Shown: one piece after another, positions 12,541 through 26,214 of the stretch
Position numbering within the stretch: position 1 is the stretch's first letter
Layout: the number at the start of each line of letters is the position of its first letter
Assembly (NCBI RefSeq): GCF_030144855.1
Contig: NW_026781221.1
Span: 310,001-374,000, forward strand
Reading direction: 5' to 3'
Source of the DNA: Hypanus sabinus
Lineage: Eukaryota
Length of the DNA stretch: 64,000 bases
Notes under the pieces: model-generated
What the model saw: the letters and a program-made list of their open reading frames with translations, nothing else
What the model was told of the DNA's origin: nothing
Database searches by the model: none
Made by a program: the position numbers and the translations under genes

Positions 12541-13920
12541 CAGGGGTCAGCAACTTTTACCACTGAAAGAGCCACTTGGACCCGTTTCCCATAGAAAAGA
12601 AAACACTGGGAGCCGCAAAACCCGTTTGACATTTAAAATGAAATAACACTGCATACAACGTTTTGTTTTGCCTTTATGCTATGTATAAACAAACTATAAT
12701 GTGTTGCATTTATGAAATTGATGAACTCCTGCAGAGAAAACGAAATTACATTTCTGCATGCAACAAAAACATTTTGAACTCCGAAAAAAAGACGTTGGGT
12801 TGAAGGTTACTTTTAAGTAAAATACTCAACGTCTATTTGAGTCCTTCTTGTATTTATGAAAAACGCCAAACTTAAATTTGCCGCCAGCAGCAAACCAAAA
12901 ATAACGTCAGCCAGCTGTCAACCTGAAAAATAAAAGGACTATTTCACTGAACAATGAAAACATATGAATATACGTAAAATAATAGGCAATTAAAATATTT
13001 ATCATACTTGGTCAGGTTGACTCACACCTGACAATGCAGTCGTATTCAGTAGGGATGGATCGATGCTTAGGGGAGTGACCGGGAAGGATAATGTGTTTTT
13101 TTCCTCTCTGAACTCACAGAAGCGTTTCCCAAATGATGTTTGCATTGCGATGATTGCAGAACGTAAATACTCCGAATTTATCATGTCATGACCTTGTTTG
13201 AACTCTCTCAAATTGGGGAAGTGAGACAATGTGCCTTTCTGTAAATCTCTGGCAAGCACTGTCAACTTGCGCTCGAATGCCAAAACATCCTCCAACATGT
13301 GCAGGGCTGTTCGTCCTTACCCCGTTGAAGAGCTGTGTTCAGCGTGTTCAGGTGCGCTGTCATGTCTACCATGAAGTGTAGCTTTTCCAGCCACTCTGGC
13401 TGTTCCAGCTCAGAAAAGGTGGGCCCTTTGCTGCCCAGGAAAGTTTTCACTTCTTCCAGACACGCGACAAAGCGTTTCAGCACCTCCCCTCTGGACAGCC
13501 AGCGATAAAAACACGTTGTAGCGGTGTGCTACACGCAGTCAGTAAACTCCAGTCAAAGATAGCTTTATTCGAACTAAACAGCCTTGCTTTTAAGCCTCCC
13601 TCAACCCGCCCCCCATGGGCGTGGATGCTGCAAAAGACACGTACTCACAAACCCCCGTAGGCTATCTCCCTTAGCCTGAACGCTGGCTAATTGTGAGCCG
13701 GTTCGGATGTGTCGGGAAATGGGTTGCCACAACGTCTTAATTAGATTGTACAAGATCACCATAATCTTCAAATTTAGAATTACTTTTCAAAAACTAACAA
13801 ACTAACATAAAGTACATTTTAATTAAATACTGACCAATTATTTCCCAAAGCAACAGGGAGCCACAGCACAGACGTAAAAGAGCCACATGTGACTCCGGAG
13901 CCGCGGGTTGCCGACCCCCG
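12541..13920 (-). mobile_element. Internally deleted hAT (Charlie/GTF2IRD2-like) DNA transposon
   Basis: TIRs caggggtcagcaac / gttgccgacccccg, perfect 8-bp TSD ATCTAGTC, RWLSRG..LKRF transposase remnant (13002-13505). Empty site in arm B at ~43011. Confidence 0.92.
13517..13731 (-). mobile_element. 215-bp solo LTR nested in the hAT element
   Basis: TG...CA termini, 4-bp TSD ACGT, AATAAA on the minus strand. Confidence 0.7.
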
Positions 13921-14494
13921 ATCTAGTCAGAGACAGCAAAACTGGTGTGCCGTGTTTGAGAGTCTTGGAGATAAATTCCTTCTCATTCTCAACCTGTAAC
14001 AAGATTTACAAAATCCATCAATGGGTGTAGGACAACATTTCAGATGAGATCACTTGAGTTGCCAAGGTTTGAACTGGTATCACACTGTTACAGTGAGGTT
14101 CAACCCAAGTTGGAGAGAGAAATTATCTCCTGACTGGGCACAGTGCTGGTATCTGGAATGACCATCAATTTCCTCATGCTCTTGTGTCTCTATAGGAATG
14201 GGCATTTCTGCCATCTCCAATTTGTACCTTGGCTCAGTTTGACTCTATGCATTGGTATTATTCCCGGTTCCTGCTGAGCAGCATTGGTGCCTGGCCCCAC
14301 AGTAACTGAAACAGTCTCATGCAAATAGTCTTTCTTGATGTGCAACTGGGATTTTCCTTAACTTAACGTGCCACAGTTTTAATGCCATATATAAAAAAAA
14401 AATCCTGCTGAGATGAATGGTTGGTCTTCACAGCTGTTAAAAGGATTTAGAATGAATTTTTGTATTATTTCAGGTTCTTGTTACAGTAATAGAA

Positions 14495-15725
14495 AATTAC
14501 AACACAGAAACAGGCCCTTTTGGCCATCTAGTTAGTGCTGAACTACTTCAACTGCACACTCCCATACCCTTACCATTTAGGTACCTATACAAAGATCTTA
14601 AAAGCTGAAATTGCACCACTTGTGCTGGCTGCTCATTCCACACCCAGATGACCGTCTGTGTGAAGAAGTTTCCCCTCATGTTTCCCTTAACGTTTCACCT
14701 TTCACCCTTAACCCATGGTCGCTGGTTGTAGTCCCACCCCATCTCAGTGGTAAAAGCCAGCTTGCATTTAACCGAGCTATGCCCCTCTATCACAATCAAA
14801 TCTCCCCTCAGTCTTTTATGTTCCAAGGAATAAAATCCTGACCTGTACAATCTTCCCTTATAACCCAAGTGCTCCAGACCTGGCAACATCCTTGTGAATT
14901 TTCAATGAACTCTTTCAACCTCTTTTACATCTTTCATGTAGGTAGGTGACCAAAACTGCACACAATACTCCAAATTAGGCCTCACCAATGTCTTGTACAA
15001 AGTCAACATAACATCCATCTCCTGTACTCAGTACTTTGGTTTATTAAGGCCAATGTGACGAAATCTTTCTTTCCGTCCCTATCAAACTGTGACACCACTT
15101 GCAGTGAATTCCCAGTGAATCTGTATTCCCAGATCCCTTTCTTCAACAGTGTTCCTCAGTGCCCTCCCATTCACTGTGTAAGACCTAGGTCCTACCAAAA
15201 TGCAACTTGTCTCAATTAAATTCCATTTTGCATTACATAACCCATTTTTCCAGCGGGTCCAGATCACACTGCAAGCCGTGATAGTCTTCCTTGCTGTTCA
15301 CTACACCCAAATCTTGGTTTCATCCACAGAGTTGCTGATCCAGCGAACCATGTTAACATCCAGATTACTGATATAGATGACAAACACCAACAGATCCAAC
15401 AGTGATCCCTGTGGCACACCACTAGGCGCAGGCCTCCGGTCAGAGAGGCAACCATCTGCTACCACACTCTGGCTTTTCCCAATTTACTCATCCAATTTAC
15501 TATCTCATCCTGAATGTTGAGTGACTGAACCTTCTTGACCAACATCCCATATGAGACTTCGTCAAATGCCTTGCTGAAGTCCACGTAGATATCCTCTGCC
15601 TTATCTTCATCCACTTTCCTGATAACTTCTTCGAGAGACTCTGTAAGATCGGTTAGACAGGACCAAGCCATGCTGCCTATCCTGAATCAGTCCACATTGA
15701 TCCAAATACTTGTATATCCAGCTCC
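14495..15725 (-). mobile_element. CR1 LINE 3' part (decayed RT)
   Basis: SCLT.L..DFSKAFD and RLRGDLI motifs in the ORF fragments. Partner at ~41260-42440. Confidence 0.85.
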
Positions 15726-16445
15726 TATATGTTTTGGTCATGTTCTGTACTGAAACATTTTTGGAAGTTTATTTTCTCTACAATTTCTAAAGTTTTAAAA
15801 ATTAATTTACAACCTAATAAATTGACTGTTTTATTTGGCATAATCCCTCAATATTTTCATGGTATTTCTCCATCAGACCAACATGTAATTGCATTTGTCA
15901 CATTATCGGCCAGAAGGGCCATTTTGTTGAAATGGAAAGATGCTTCTGCTCCTACGTTGATACAATGGTTTCCTCAGGTGATGTTATGTCTTAGTTTGGC
16001 GAAAATCAGAAGTCAAACTTTTGATTCTCGATTTGATTTTGAGAAAAGGTGGAGTTCACTTGCCCACCTCTATCATCTGATTTGAGTTAATTAATATGGT
16101 TTCATTCTGATTTTTCTTTAAATGGATTTGAGTTAGTGGATTGATGTTTATTTTTTATGCAAGCGTGTATGATGTATAGCTCCGGGGTTCTGCTGCTAAT
16201 GCTTTTTTTTTGTTTTTTTCTTTCAGGGTTTTTTTTTTAGTTAACAGGGTATTTTTTTGCTTCTTTTTCTTTCAAAAAATATTCTTATAAATTTATTTTT
16301 TCTTATTATTACTGATATATTGCTTAGCTTTGTTAATCAGTTATTTGCTAATTTAATTTTTTATTGTACATAATGACATATCGACTTAATGTATCTTTTT
16401 GTTAATCATCAATAATAATTTATTTAAAAAAAGATTTTAAAATGA
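15726..16445 (+). mobile_element. L1-like LINE 3' end, arm A only
   Basis: MFWSC..FW...ARRAILLKWK..PT...W ORF2 C-terminus, T-rich 3'UTR and A-rich tail. Absent from arm B (~41257). Confidence 0.75.
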
Positions 16446-19400
16446 AATATCTGCAACCTGCACACACTTTCCAATAACTTTCCCACCAGTGATATCAGGC
16501 TCACCAATGTATAATTTCCTAGTTTATTTTTAGAGTCTTTCTTGAACAGTGGAACAACACTGGCTGTCCTCCAATCCTCCAGTTCCTCACCTGTCACTAA
16601 CGGGGATTTAAGTATCTGTGCTTTGACCCCAACAATTTCTGCACTTGTGGTCCACAGGGTCCAAGGGAACAACTTGACAGGCCCTGGGGACTTATCCATG
16701 GTAATTTCCCTTAAGACAGCAAACACCTCCACCTCTGTAATCTGTACAGGGTCCATGGAGTTGATGCTGCTTTGCCTCACTTCTATATACTGTGTCCATC
16801 TTCTGTGTAAATACGGAAGCAGAAAAATATCTCCCCCATCTATTTTGTCTCCTCATATTCTGATCTTTCAGATGATTTTTTTTTCGCTTGCAATCTTTTT
16901 GCTCTCAACGCATCTGCAGAATCTCTGAGGATTTCCCTTCACCTTGTCTGCTGGGACAACCTCATGCCTTCTTTTATTTCTTTCATAAGTATTCACTTGA
17001 ATTTCTTGTACCCCATTTCTTCCTATTTACCTGTAGCTGGTATGCACCTCCTTTTTATAGATCTGGGAGAGGAAAGCCAAAGGGCTGATAGACCTGCATG
17101 GTGGGAGGTGGGGGTAAGGGGGGGGGGGTTAATCTAAAGTTGCAGGGGGAATGGGAGCCTGAATAACAGAACAGATATTGGAGGGGTGGTGGAGACAGAT
17201 GTTGTTCTGTCCTCAAAGTCAGGAATGAAAAAGTTGAGCATGGTGCTGTGAATATGCTGAGCCCGGTATATTTCAATACAAGTAACAGTGTAGGACAGGT
17301 GGATGTGTTAAGGGCGTGGATCAACACCTGGAATTAAGATATCACTGTCATATTAAGAAGTTAGCATCTCATAGGCCGCTTGTGACCCTGGCTATTTTAT
17401 TTAAAGGTCATAGCATCCATGAGCTTGAGAGTAAGAGTATAAAGGCACAATTGCTTTCCCATGAGATAAGCTGAGCGGGTGAGCAGCCTTGGTGTGAGAA
17501 GCACATTGTGCCTTGTGTTTCTCATGGCTCCTGCAAGATAAGCAATTAGAGCGAGTGACTATTTACAAGGGCAGCAGACTTTGGGTGGTGGGCCTGTGTC
17601 TGTCTGCATCCAGACATAGTAGCAAATAAAACTGTTATACAAACAATTTATGACTGATAAAGTTAACAATACCCATCTGTAGAGAAACTAAGGGGGGTGA
17701 ACCCACAGGTATCTGTGTACATGACTGCATGATATAAAGAGAACTGTATTTGCTTCAGGAGAGAGAGACCCTCGAAGCAGCCTCCAAGAGAGAGTGCAAC
17801 CCACGTGTGGAACCAAAGCAGATGGCCGAGATCTTAAATAATTTTTCATCTCTATTTACTCAGGAGATGGACAAAGGGTCTATGGGAGTGTGGGAAAGTG
17901 GCATTAAAATCCTAGACATGTACAGTTTAAAGAAGAGAAGTTACTTTGCTGTTCAACTTCAAACATAGAAGTCTACAGCATATTCCAGATTTTTCAGCCT
18001 AAAATGTGCCAACCATGTAACTTACTCTGGTAACTGCCCAGAATTTCCCCAGCGCATAGCCCTCTATTTTCCTAAGCTCCATGTACCTATCTAAGAGGCT
18101 GTTAAAAGACCCTACTGTACCTGCCTTGACCACCGCTACCGTCACCCACAACTCTCTGTGTATAAAAAACTTATGGCTGACATCCCCATGGTAGCTATTT
18201 CCAAGCACCTTGAAACTATGCCCCCTCAAGTTAGCCATTTCAACCCTGAGAAAAAAACCTCTGGCTATCCACACGATCACTACCCCTCATCATTTTATAC
18301 ACCTAAAAAAGGCTCTAAATATAAACAAGGAAATTAAACCTTGCTTTGAGGATTTGTGAGAAGTATAGAAAATTATGAGGGTATGGATCAGGTAAATGCA
18401 GACAGCTTTTTCCACTGAGGTTGGGTGGGATGATAACCAGAGGTCATGGGTAAGTGGGGAAGGTGACCATTTAATGGGATAGTGTGGAAAAGCTCTTTAC
18501 TGAAATGGTTGGGAGAGTGTGGAATGAGATGCCAGCGCAAGTGGTGAATATGACCTCAAATTCACGATTAAGAGAAGTTTGATAGGTACCTGGATTGTAG
18601 GGTTATGGAGGGTGATGATCCCGGAGCAGGTAGTTGTATTAGACAGCTTAAATGTTTTTTCAGCATTGACTAGATGGGCCAAATAGCCTGTTTCTGTACA
18701 GAACTTCTCCATATTTCTATGGCAGAGAAGTTGTCCAAACTTGTTTGGAAGGGAAAAGGTAGGAGGGACAATGGAGCTGCAATGGCTAGAGTTTCTGGGA
18801 ACAATTCGGGAGCCGAGTGATTGATACATCCCAAAGAAGTGGAAGTATTGGAAAGGCAGGAGGACACAACGTTGGCTGAAATGAGAAGCCAAAGCCAACA
18901 TAAAAGCCAAAGTGAGGGCAAACAAAAGAGCAAAAACTATTGGGAAGCTTTTGGAAACTAACAGATAATGAGTAAAAAAAAAAGTCAGATGAGCTCAAGG
19001 CTTGGAATTATGATTTGTAGTCATTAATGCTACTTGGTAGCACCCAACAGTCTGAGGCATTCAGAGGAACAAAATGATCCGGGCCTCAATATCTCCTGAA
19101 AAGCACGGCTCCCCACACCAGGTACCTTTCAGCTTTTATTTTGGCAGGCACATTCAAACTCCACACGCTCAAAATTTCATTTCTGAAGGCCTCCCACTTA
19201 CCATTGCCAGAAAACAGCCTGTCCCAAACCACACGTCAGATCCTTTCTGATACCATCCAAATTGACCTTTCTCCAATTTAGAATCTCAACCCATGGTCCA
19301 GACCTCTCTTTTTCCATATTTACTTTGAATCTCATGGCATTATGATCACTAATGTCTGTCACCAGCCCTGGATCATTTCCTAACAGCTTATTGCATACTT

Positions 19401-19545
19401 CAACATCGGGAATTCTACGTACTGAATAAGGGCACATTTGACAAACACTACCCCATCTAGTCCTTTTACATTATGGGAGTCCTAGTCAATATATGGAAAG
19501 TTAAAATCAGTTATTGAATCAACCTTTGTTTCTTGGCATGGTCTG
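16446..19545. mobile_element. Mosaic of old CR1 fragments in both orientations
   Basis: KSPGP..EDWRTA.VVPLFKK motif (16424-16780) and CR1 3' ends. Matches 38300-41250 inverted. Confidence 0.7.
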
Positions 19546-19549
19546 TGAT

Positions 19550-21193
19550 ACCCAAGGACATAGGGTGACAGAGGAAATGAAACACATTAACATTAGGAAG
19601 GAAATGGTGTTGAGAAGACTGATGGGACTGAAGGCTGACAAATCCCCAGGTCCAGATGGTCTGCATCCTAGGGTATTAAAGGAGGTGGCCCTGGAAATTG
19701 CGGATGCATTGGTAATCATTCTCCAATGTTCCTTAGATTCAGGATCAGTTCCTGAGGATTGGAGAATGGCTAATGTTATCTTTCTTTTTAAGAAAGTAGG
19801 GAGGGAGAAAACAGAGAACTATCGACCTGTCAGCCTGACATCGGTGGTGGGGAAGATGCTAGAGTCCATTATTAAGGATGAAATAGTGGCATATCTAGAT
19901 AGCAGAGATAGGATTGGGCTGAGCCAGCATGGATTTACCAAGGTTAAATCATGCTTGACTAATCTGTTGGAGTTTTTCGAGGATGTAACCAGGAAGTTAG
20001 ACGGGGGAGATCTAGTGGATGTAGTGTACCTCGATTTTCAGAAGGCATTTGATAAGGTCCCACATAGGAGATTGGTGGGTAAAATCAAAGCTCATGGCAT
20101 CGGGGGGAAGGCATTGACATGGATAGAAAACTGGCTGGCAGATAGAAAGTAAAGGGTAGTGGTGAATGGGTGTTTCTCGGAATGGCAGGTGGTGACTAGT
20201 GGGGTGCCACAGGGATCGGTATTGCGACCACAGCTGTTTACAATTTATGTCAACGATTTGGATGAAGGCATTGAAAATAACATCAGCAAATTTGCTGATG
20301 ATACTAAGTTGGGTGGTATGTTGGGTGACATGTGATGAGGATGTTAGGAGAATTCAGGGTGACTTGGATAGGCTGGGTGAGTGGGCAGATACTTGGCAGA
20401 TGACGTTTAATGTGAATAAGTGTAAGGTTATCCACTTTGGGAGTAAGAACAGGAAGGCAGACTATTATCTGAACGGTGTAGAGTTAGGTAAGAGATCTAG
20501 GAGTCCTTGTTCATCAGTCACTGAATGTGAATGAGCAAATGCAGCAGGCAGTGAAGAAGGCTAATGGAATATTGGCCTTTATTACAAAGGGAATTTCAGT
20601 ACAAGCGCAAGGAAATCCTCTTGCATTTGTACAGAGCCCTAGTGAGACTACACCTGGAGTATTGTGTACAGTTTTGGTCTCCAGGGTTAAGGAAGGACAT
20701 CCTGGCTGTAGAGGAAGTGCAGCGTAGATTCACGAGGTTAATTCCTGGGATGTCTGGACTGTCTTACGCAGAGAGGTTATAGAGACTGGGCTTTTACACG
20801 CTGGAATTAAGGAGATTGAGAGGGGATCTGATTGAAACATATAAGATCATTAAGGGATTGGACAAGATAAAGGCAGGAAATATGTTCCAGCGTCCAGTAC
20901 CAGAGGGTATGGTTTGAGAATAAGGGGTTGGTCATTTTGGACAGAGTTAAGGAAAAACTAAGGAGTTAAGGAGAGTTGTTGGGATCTGGAATGCACTGTC
21001 TCGGAAGGTTGTGGAGGCCAATTCTCTGGATGCTTTCAAGAAGGAGCTAGATAGGTATCTTATGGATAGGGGAATCAAGGGATATGGGGACAAGGCAGGA
21101 ACCGGGTATTGATAGTAGTTGATCAGCCATGATCTCAGAATGGTGGTGCAGGCTCAAAGGGTCGAATGGTCTACTTCTGCACCTATTGTCTAT
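19550..21193 (+). mobile_element. Younger 5'-truncated CR1 LINE, arm A only
   Basis: Well-preserved RT fragments (19514-20152 etc.), (ctattgt)n tail, TSD TGTGAT (19544-19549 / 21194-21199). Empty site in arm B at ~38300. Confidence 0.92.
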
Positions 21194-21409
21194 TGTGATC
21201 TCCCGACAAATCTGTTCCTCCAAACACCACAGACTGTTGGGTGGAAACAAGTCCTAGTAATTGATTCAATATCATAATTCCCTATCCTGAGCTCATCTGG
21301 CTTTCCTACGATGCTTCTTGCATTGTGATATACACAACTCAGCACATTCATCGCACCACGCTCAGCCATTTGATTGCTGACTCTGTCTGAGGTCTGAACA
21401 ACATCTAAC

Positions 21410-22145
21410 TGGTGTCAGAAAACAAACTCTCCCTCATTATCACAAAAACAAAGGAGCTGATTGTAGACGACAGGAGGAATGGAGACAGACTAACCTACAT
21501 TGACACCAATGGATCTGGGGTTCAGAGGGTGAACAGCTTTAAGTTCTTTGGTATAAAAATCACCAAGATTTCACTTTGTCTGCCCATACTGGCTATGTTG
21601 TGAGAAAAGCAAAACAGCACCTCTTTCACTTCAGACGGCTGAAGAAGTTTGCGATGGGGCCCAAATCCTAATAACTTTCTGCAGGGACACAATTGAAAGC
21701 ATCCTGACCAGCTGCATCACTGCCTGTTATGGGAACTGTACTTCCTTTAATCGCAGGAACCTACAGAGAGTGGTGTGGACAGCCCGGCATATCTGCAGAT
21801 GTGAACTTCCCACTATTCAGGACATTTACAAAGCCAGCTGTGTAAAAGGGGCCCAAAGGATTTTGGGGACCCAATTCACCACAAACACCAACTGTTCCTG
21901 CTGCTACCATCCAGGAAACAGTACCAAAGCAAAAGGAGCAACAGGCTCCGGTCATCATCTTCCACCAGGTCATCAGACTGATTAATTCATGCTGATACAA
22001 TTGCACTTTCATGTTGTATTGACAGTCCTATTTATTATTAATTACTATAAATTACACATTGCACATTTAGATGGAGATGTAATATAAAGGTTTCTACTGT
22101 TCATGTATATGAAGGATGCGCATAATAAAGTCAATTCAATTCAAT
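21410..22145 (+). mobile_element. Rex1/Babar-like LINE 3' end
   Basis: WC.ENKLSL..TKTKELIVD motif and AATAAAG-(tcaat)n tail. It abuts the inner edge of arm A. Confidence 0.75.
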
Positions 22146-22834
22146 CTCTCCACTATCTGTTCTGTCATTCTGCCTCCTATTCCCCTTACAATTTACATCA
22201 CCCTCCCCCACACTAGCTCTAGCAAGCCTCATTGCTAGAATATTAGACCCCTTCCTGTTCTGCTCCCCTAACTCACCAATCCCCTCTCACCCCTTTGACT
22301 TTCCTCTGCCAGGCAACTCCCCTCAACAGTTTCTAAAGTGGTCCACCTGTTGTTATGGGGGAATGGCACAAGAGTACTCTGCGATGGCTATTTAACCTCA
22401 TTTCCCTTCCTGACTCTCACCCAATTTCCTGTGTCCTGCACCTTGTGTGTAACTCACCTTTCTTCATGTAATATCTATCACGCCCTCCAACTGCTGGATG
22501 ATCCAGAATTCATCCATTTCAAGTTCCAACTCCTTCAAGTGCAGGGTTACAAGCTGCAGCTGGATGCACATCTTGTAGGTGAGGGCCTCAAGGACACTGG
22601 AGGTCTCCTCACCTACCCACCAATGTCCCCCCTAATTTGTAATGACCAGTGTGCACATAAATCTTGTACTGTGCATTTTTAGCCAGTGACAAGATGTGCA
22701 CAGTGAATTTTATATGGAGAGGCATTCATTTTAATAGCTAGCAAATCACTGTCGATAGGAACTTTGATCTCCTCTGGGTTCAATCGAGTTCATCTGCACT
22801 CTCACGCAACTGGTTTAACAGACCTGGAACAGGT

Positions 22835-23781
22835 TGTTACGAAGGATGAACAGCTCTGATGGGCAGAAGGGTGCAGGGTTGCCCATGTCCCCCTCCCCTG
22901 GGAGAATTACAAACCGTTACTGTTGCCAGCCTGTTAATGAGAGAGAAAGAGATAGAGCAAAACATATTGGAATGGAACATTTGCTTCAGACAGGGGCTAG
23001 ATAACACCGGGGGAGAGAGACCATATTATGACTCCTGTAAGACTCACGGCTCTGGAGAGGGCTGTTTACTTGGTACTATTCTGTTCATTAAAATTCCTCA
23101 GTGGACAGCCAGAGTGGGCTGGTTTGATGGGCTCAGCCATTGAAAACTGATTGACACCTGAGAGCCTGTGAGTAGGGATAAAAGTGAGGTCTGGGGATAC
23201 ACCTCTCAGACGCACCAAGAGACACACTAGTGAGCACTGTTTAAGTGTTGGAACCCACGAGAAAAGTTGGTGACATCAGAGACCGAATGAAGAATTTTAA
23301 CTCACAGTGTTTATAGCGAGGCCGGTGGGGGCTTGTGGGTGTGTCCACCCTTGCCTGGGTGACGAGTCCACCATAGAAGAACGGTCTAGCTAAAGGTAAT
23401 AGGGGTCATACCTGAATGGCCACAACAACACATCAATAGATCAAGATCGTAAAGGAAGGTTTGCAAGACAATAGCTGTTACTGTTTGCTCACTCTCTGTC
23501 TCTCCAACAATTACAACACATCAACCAACAACTACCTCAGCCTGTATGAACTGAACTTTATACTCACATATGACAATTCATTATCCCCTAGACAACGATA
23601 GCTTGTTTATTATTGATTATTATTATACCCACACTTTTAAGTTTAGTATTGCTAACGTGTATTATCTGTATATTTGCATTGTTGATGTTGATTTGTATAT
23701 TTTACTAATAAACACTGTTTCGAAAATAAACGGATACTTCTATTTTTGCTGGTAAGACACCCAGTTACGGGGTACGTAACA
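22835..23781 (+). mobile_element. Solo LTR (Gmr1-like Gypsy family)
   Basis: TGTTACG...CGTAACA termini, TSD AGGT/GGGT, AATAAA near the 3' end. Confidence 0.8.
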
Positions 23782-23785
23782 GGGT

Positions 23786-23975
23786 AATGAAGGATTTTCT
23801 CACCAGAGCTTTTGCACTTTGTTCATATGTGGTTTGCTTGCTAAATTACACTTTAAAAAGTCAGATTTCCAAATATCACTCCACTTCTTCCCACTTGCAA
23901 ATTCTCCAGCAACTTTTGCATCACCACAATCCACACAGGTAACAACAGTTTCTATATTGGACATAAATATTTCCC
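23786..23975 (-). mobile_element. Possible hAT transposase N-terminal remnant
   Basis: TCVDC..GEFASGKKW...WK.DFLK..LASKPH resembles hAT-associated zinc-finger segments. Recognition only. Confidence 0.35.
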
Positions 23976-24199
23976 CTGAGCCCACCCCCAAATGACTGAC
24001 AGTGGTGAAATCAGTGATGGCAATGCCAATGGATATGAAGGGAAGGGCAGTAGTCTGTCTCATTGTAGTCTGGCACATCTGAGATGTGAATGCTACTTGT
24101 TGCCAGGGCAAAGGTGTTTGATATCATCATGTACCCAGACAGAATGAGATAAAACATGTTCTCACTGGTAGAAAAGTCCAGAGCAAGAGGAGTTAGAAC

Positions 24200-24340
24200 A
24201 AGCAACACACACAAAAGGCAGGAGGAACTCAGCAAGCCAGGCAGAATCTATTGAAAAAAGTACTAATGTTGAATTCCGCCGGCATTTTGTGTGCGTTGCT
24301 TACATTTCCAGCATCTGCAGATTTTCTCTTGCTTGCGACT
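24200..24340. mobile_element. Penelope-like fold-back insert
   Basis: Inverted arm aagcaacacacacaaaaggc.. followed by the sense tail gcattttgtgtgcgttgctt..ttccagcatctgcaga. Confidence 0.75.
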
Positions 24341-24573
24341 GGAGGTAGACCAAAGGTGATTTTCTCAACTGGTGATGTAAAAGATTTTGTGCCCTTTCTC
24401 CGAGTTCCCAAGCTGGAGCTCAGCTCTGTCTGAGAACCATCGGTTCCCATTCCCTGGGGCCCGTGTACGGATCGGGGGCTGAGAGAGAGGGAAGAGAGCA
24501 GGACTCTCCTGGGGTTGCGGGTCACAGGAATTGCCCCGAAATCGGTGTTTAAGGTAAAGAGACAGAAAATCGC

Positions 24574-24665
24574 TCTTACCTGCACACGATATTTCAAAGG
24601 CCTTCTGAGTACTGTGCGCATGCGTCATACTCAGAGACGCCACAACCCTGACGCCTGCGCATTTC
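24574..24665 (-). promoter_or_regulatory. Promoter and first-exon candidate for the arm A ZNF gene
   Basis: NRF1-like TGCGCATGCG (24615-24624), CpG-rich context, minus-strand donor CAG|GTAAGA at 24580/24579. Confidence 0.5.
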
Positions 24666-25298
24666 ATCTGTGCTTCAATGCCGGTCAAAAACTATAACGC
24701 AGGGGCTTATGGGTAGTCACGGTGCCATTAAACATTTCTGCAAGCACTGGTTTAATGTCCGTACCTCATTTTTTTTCGTGTGTATAGAAAAATCTGCAGC
24801 TGTTTTAACGCAGAAAGCGGCTCCGATAAACAATATACTCAGTATCAACGTGTATCTCATGCCAAAGTAAAATGCAGATCTGAAACGCAGGGGATTCTGC
24901 ATTTTGGAAATACAGAGACGCACACACACAAAATGCAGAAGGAACTCTGCAATTCAGGGAGCAACTAATTAGCGGAATACACAATCGAGCTGAAGGGGCT
25001 CCGCCTAAACGTTGTCTATTTATTCCTCTCCACATTTATTGCCTGATCTGTTAATTTCCACTAGTATTTTCCAGAAATTAACCACCTTTTTTTTTCGGGC
25101 AACCTGTTTCCAAATGTTTCCGATCTTTCTTTTGTAGCCACAGCCTGCTGGTTTGATTCCACCTCCTCCTCGTGAACTCCAGGCCCCATCTCTCTCTGGA
25201 GCCCCAAAGCCCTGACTAAGGCTGGCAACTCTTTGGTTTCCGACTGCACCATGGAAGATTCACTAGCTAGTCTACTATCAGACTTTAGAGATGCATTG

Positions 25299-26038
25299 TG
25301 TTGCGAGACCGCAGGTTCGTTTATTGTGAGTGTCGCTTTAAATGTCTGAGTGAGGCGGGACTGTGACGTCAGACACAAGCTGCGGCAGAGAGAGAGGGAG
25401 AGAGAGAGAGAGAGAGAGGGAAGTTGTTGGAACATCAGCTTGTCACTGCTATGGGTTGCAATGACCAGAAAATCGGGTTCATGATCGGCACGCCGTGCAC
25501 AACGGATGTGTGACTGTCACTTCGTATAATCCATATTTGTGAATTTGCTGGAGTATACTGTGGTATCACTTTTGTTGGCCCTTACCTGGTATCGGGGTGT
25601 TCTACGGTAACCACTTGAAGACGGTATTCCTGTCACTGTCACCTGGTGATAGTTCGAAGTGGATTTCGGAACGAATCAACGGATAAGATCTTTGGCGACT
25701 GTTATTTCGTTTACCCAGCGTGGAATGTGTGTGGAATTCTTCGTAATTGCCCTCTCTCTACATGTTCGGGTGGATTTACAAATCTCTCCCCTCTCTCACG
25801 TATTCCGTGGATTACTGAACTTTTCTACCTTACCATTTTAGGACTTTAAGCATTGTTTCCCAAGCTTGATAGTTTGGAAGCTCTACGTATATATATATAT
25901 ATATATATTTACGATAACGCTGTTAACTTCTGTTTATTTCGTTTAATCTTTTATATTTGGAGTAGATACTGATAAAGATAGTGGATTTAACATCGAAACC
26001 AGACTCCATTAGTGATCTATTGCTGCTGGTACGTAACA
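25299..26038 (+). mobile_element. Solo LTR (Gmr1-like family)
   Basis: TGTTGCG...CGTAACA termini, perfect 4-bp TSD ATTG, homology to 44524-45346. Confidence 0.88.
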
Positions 26039-26214
26039 ATTGCAACAACCCAGCTGTCTGAGGCACAGTCCTTTAAAATTGGTGAAAATGACCCAAAACG
26101 TTGAAAAGAGCGGGGAAGAAGGAGTTTAACCAACTTCTTCCGGAGCCCTGAAGAACGTCAAAACCACATTGAGCTCATCGTCTTGTTCAGCCCGGAGAAA
26201 ATCATGCAGGAGAT

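Larger units (their letters stand above)
328..21410. repeat. Arm A of a large, diverged inverted segmental duplication (partner ~38092-59617)
   Basis: Colinear reverse-complement matches throughout. Examples: 3140-3760 vs 58250-58900; 3840-4835 vs 56560-57560; Gypsy 4836-10644 vs 44524-56563; ZNF region; 19321-19545 vs 38300-38530; 21200-21410 vs 38092-38300. TE junctions are shared between the arms. Confidence 0.93.

Noticed and set aside
17346-17800. Arm A-only LTR-like segment with TATAAA and AATAAA
   Set aside because: No matching 3' terminus or TSD could be found, so it was left unannotated.
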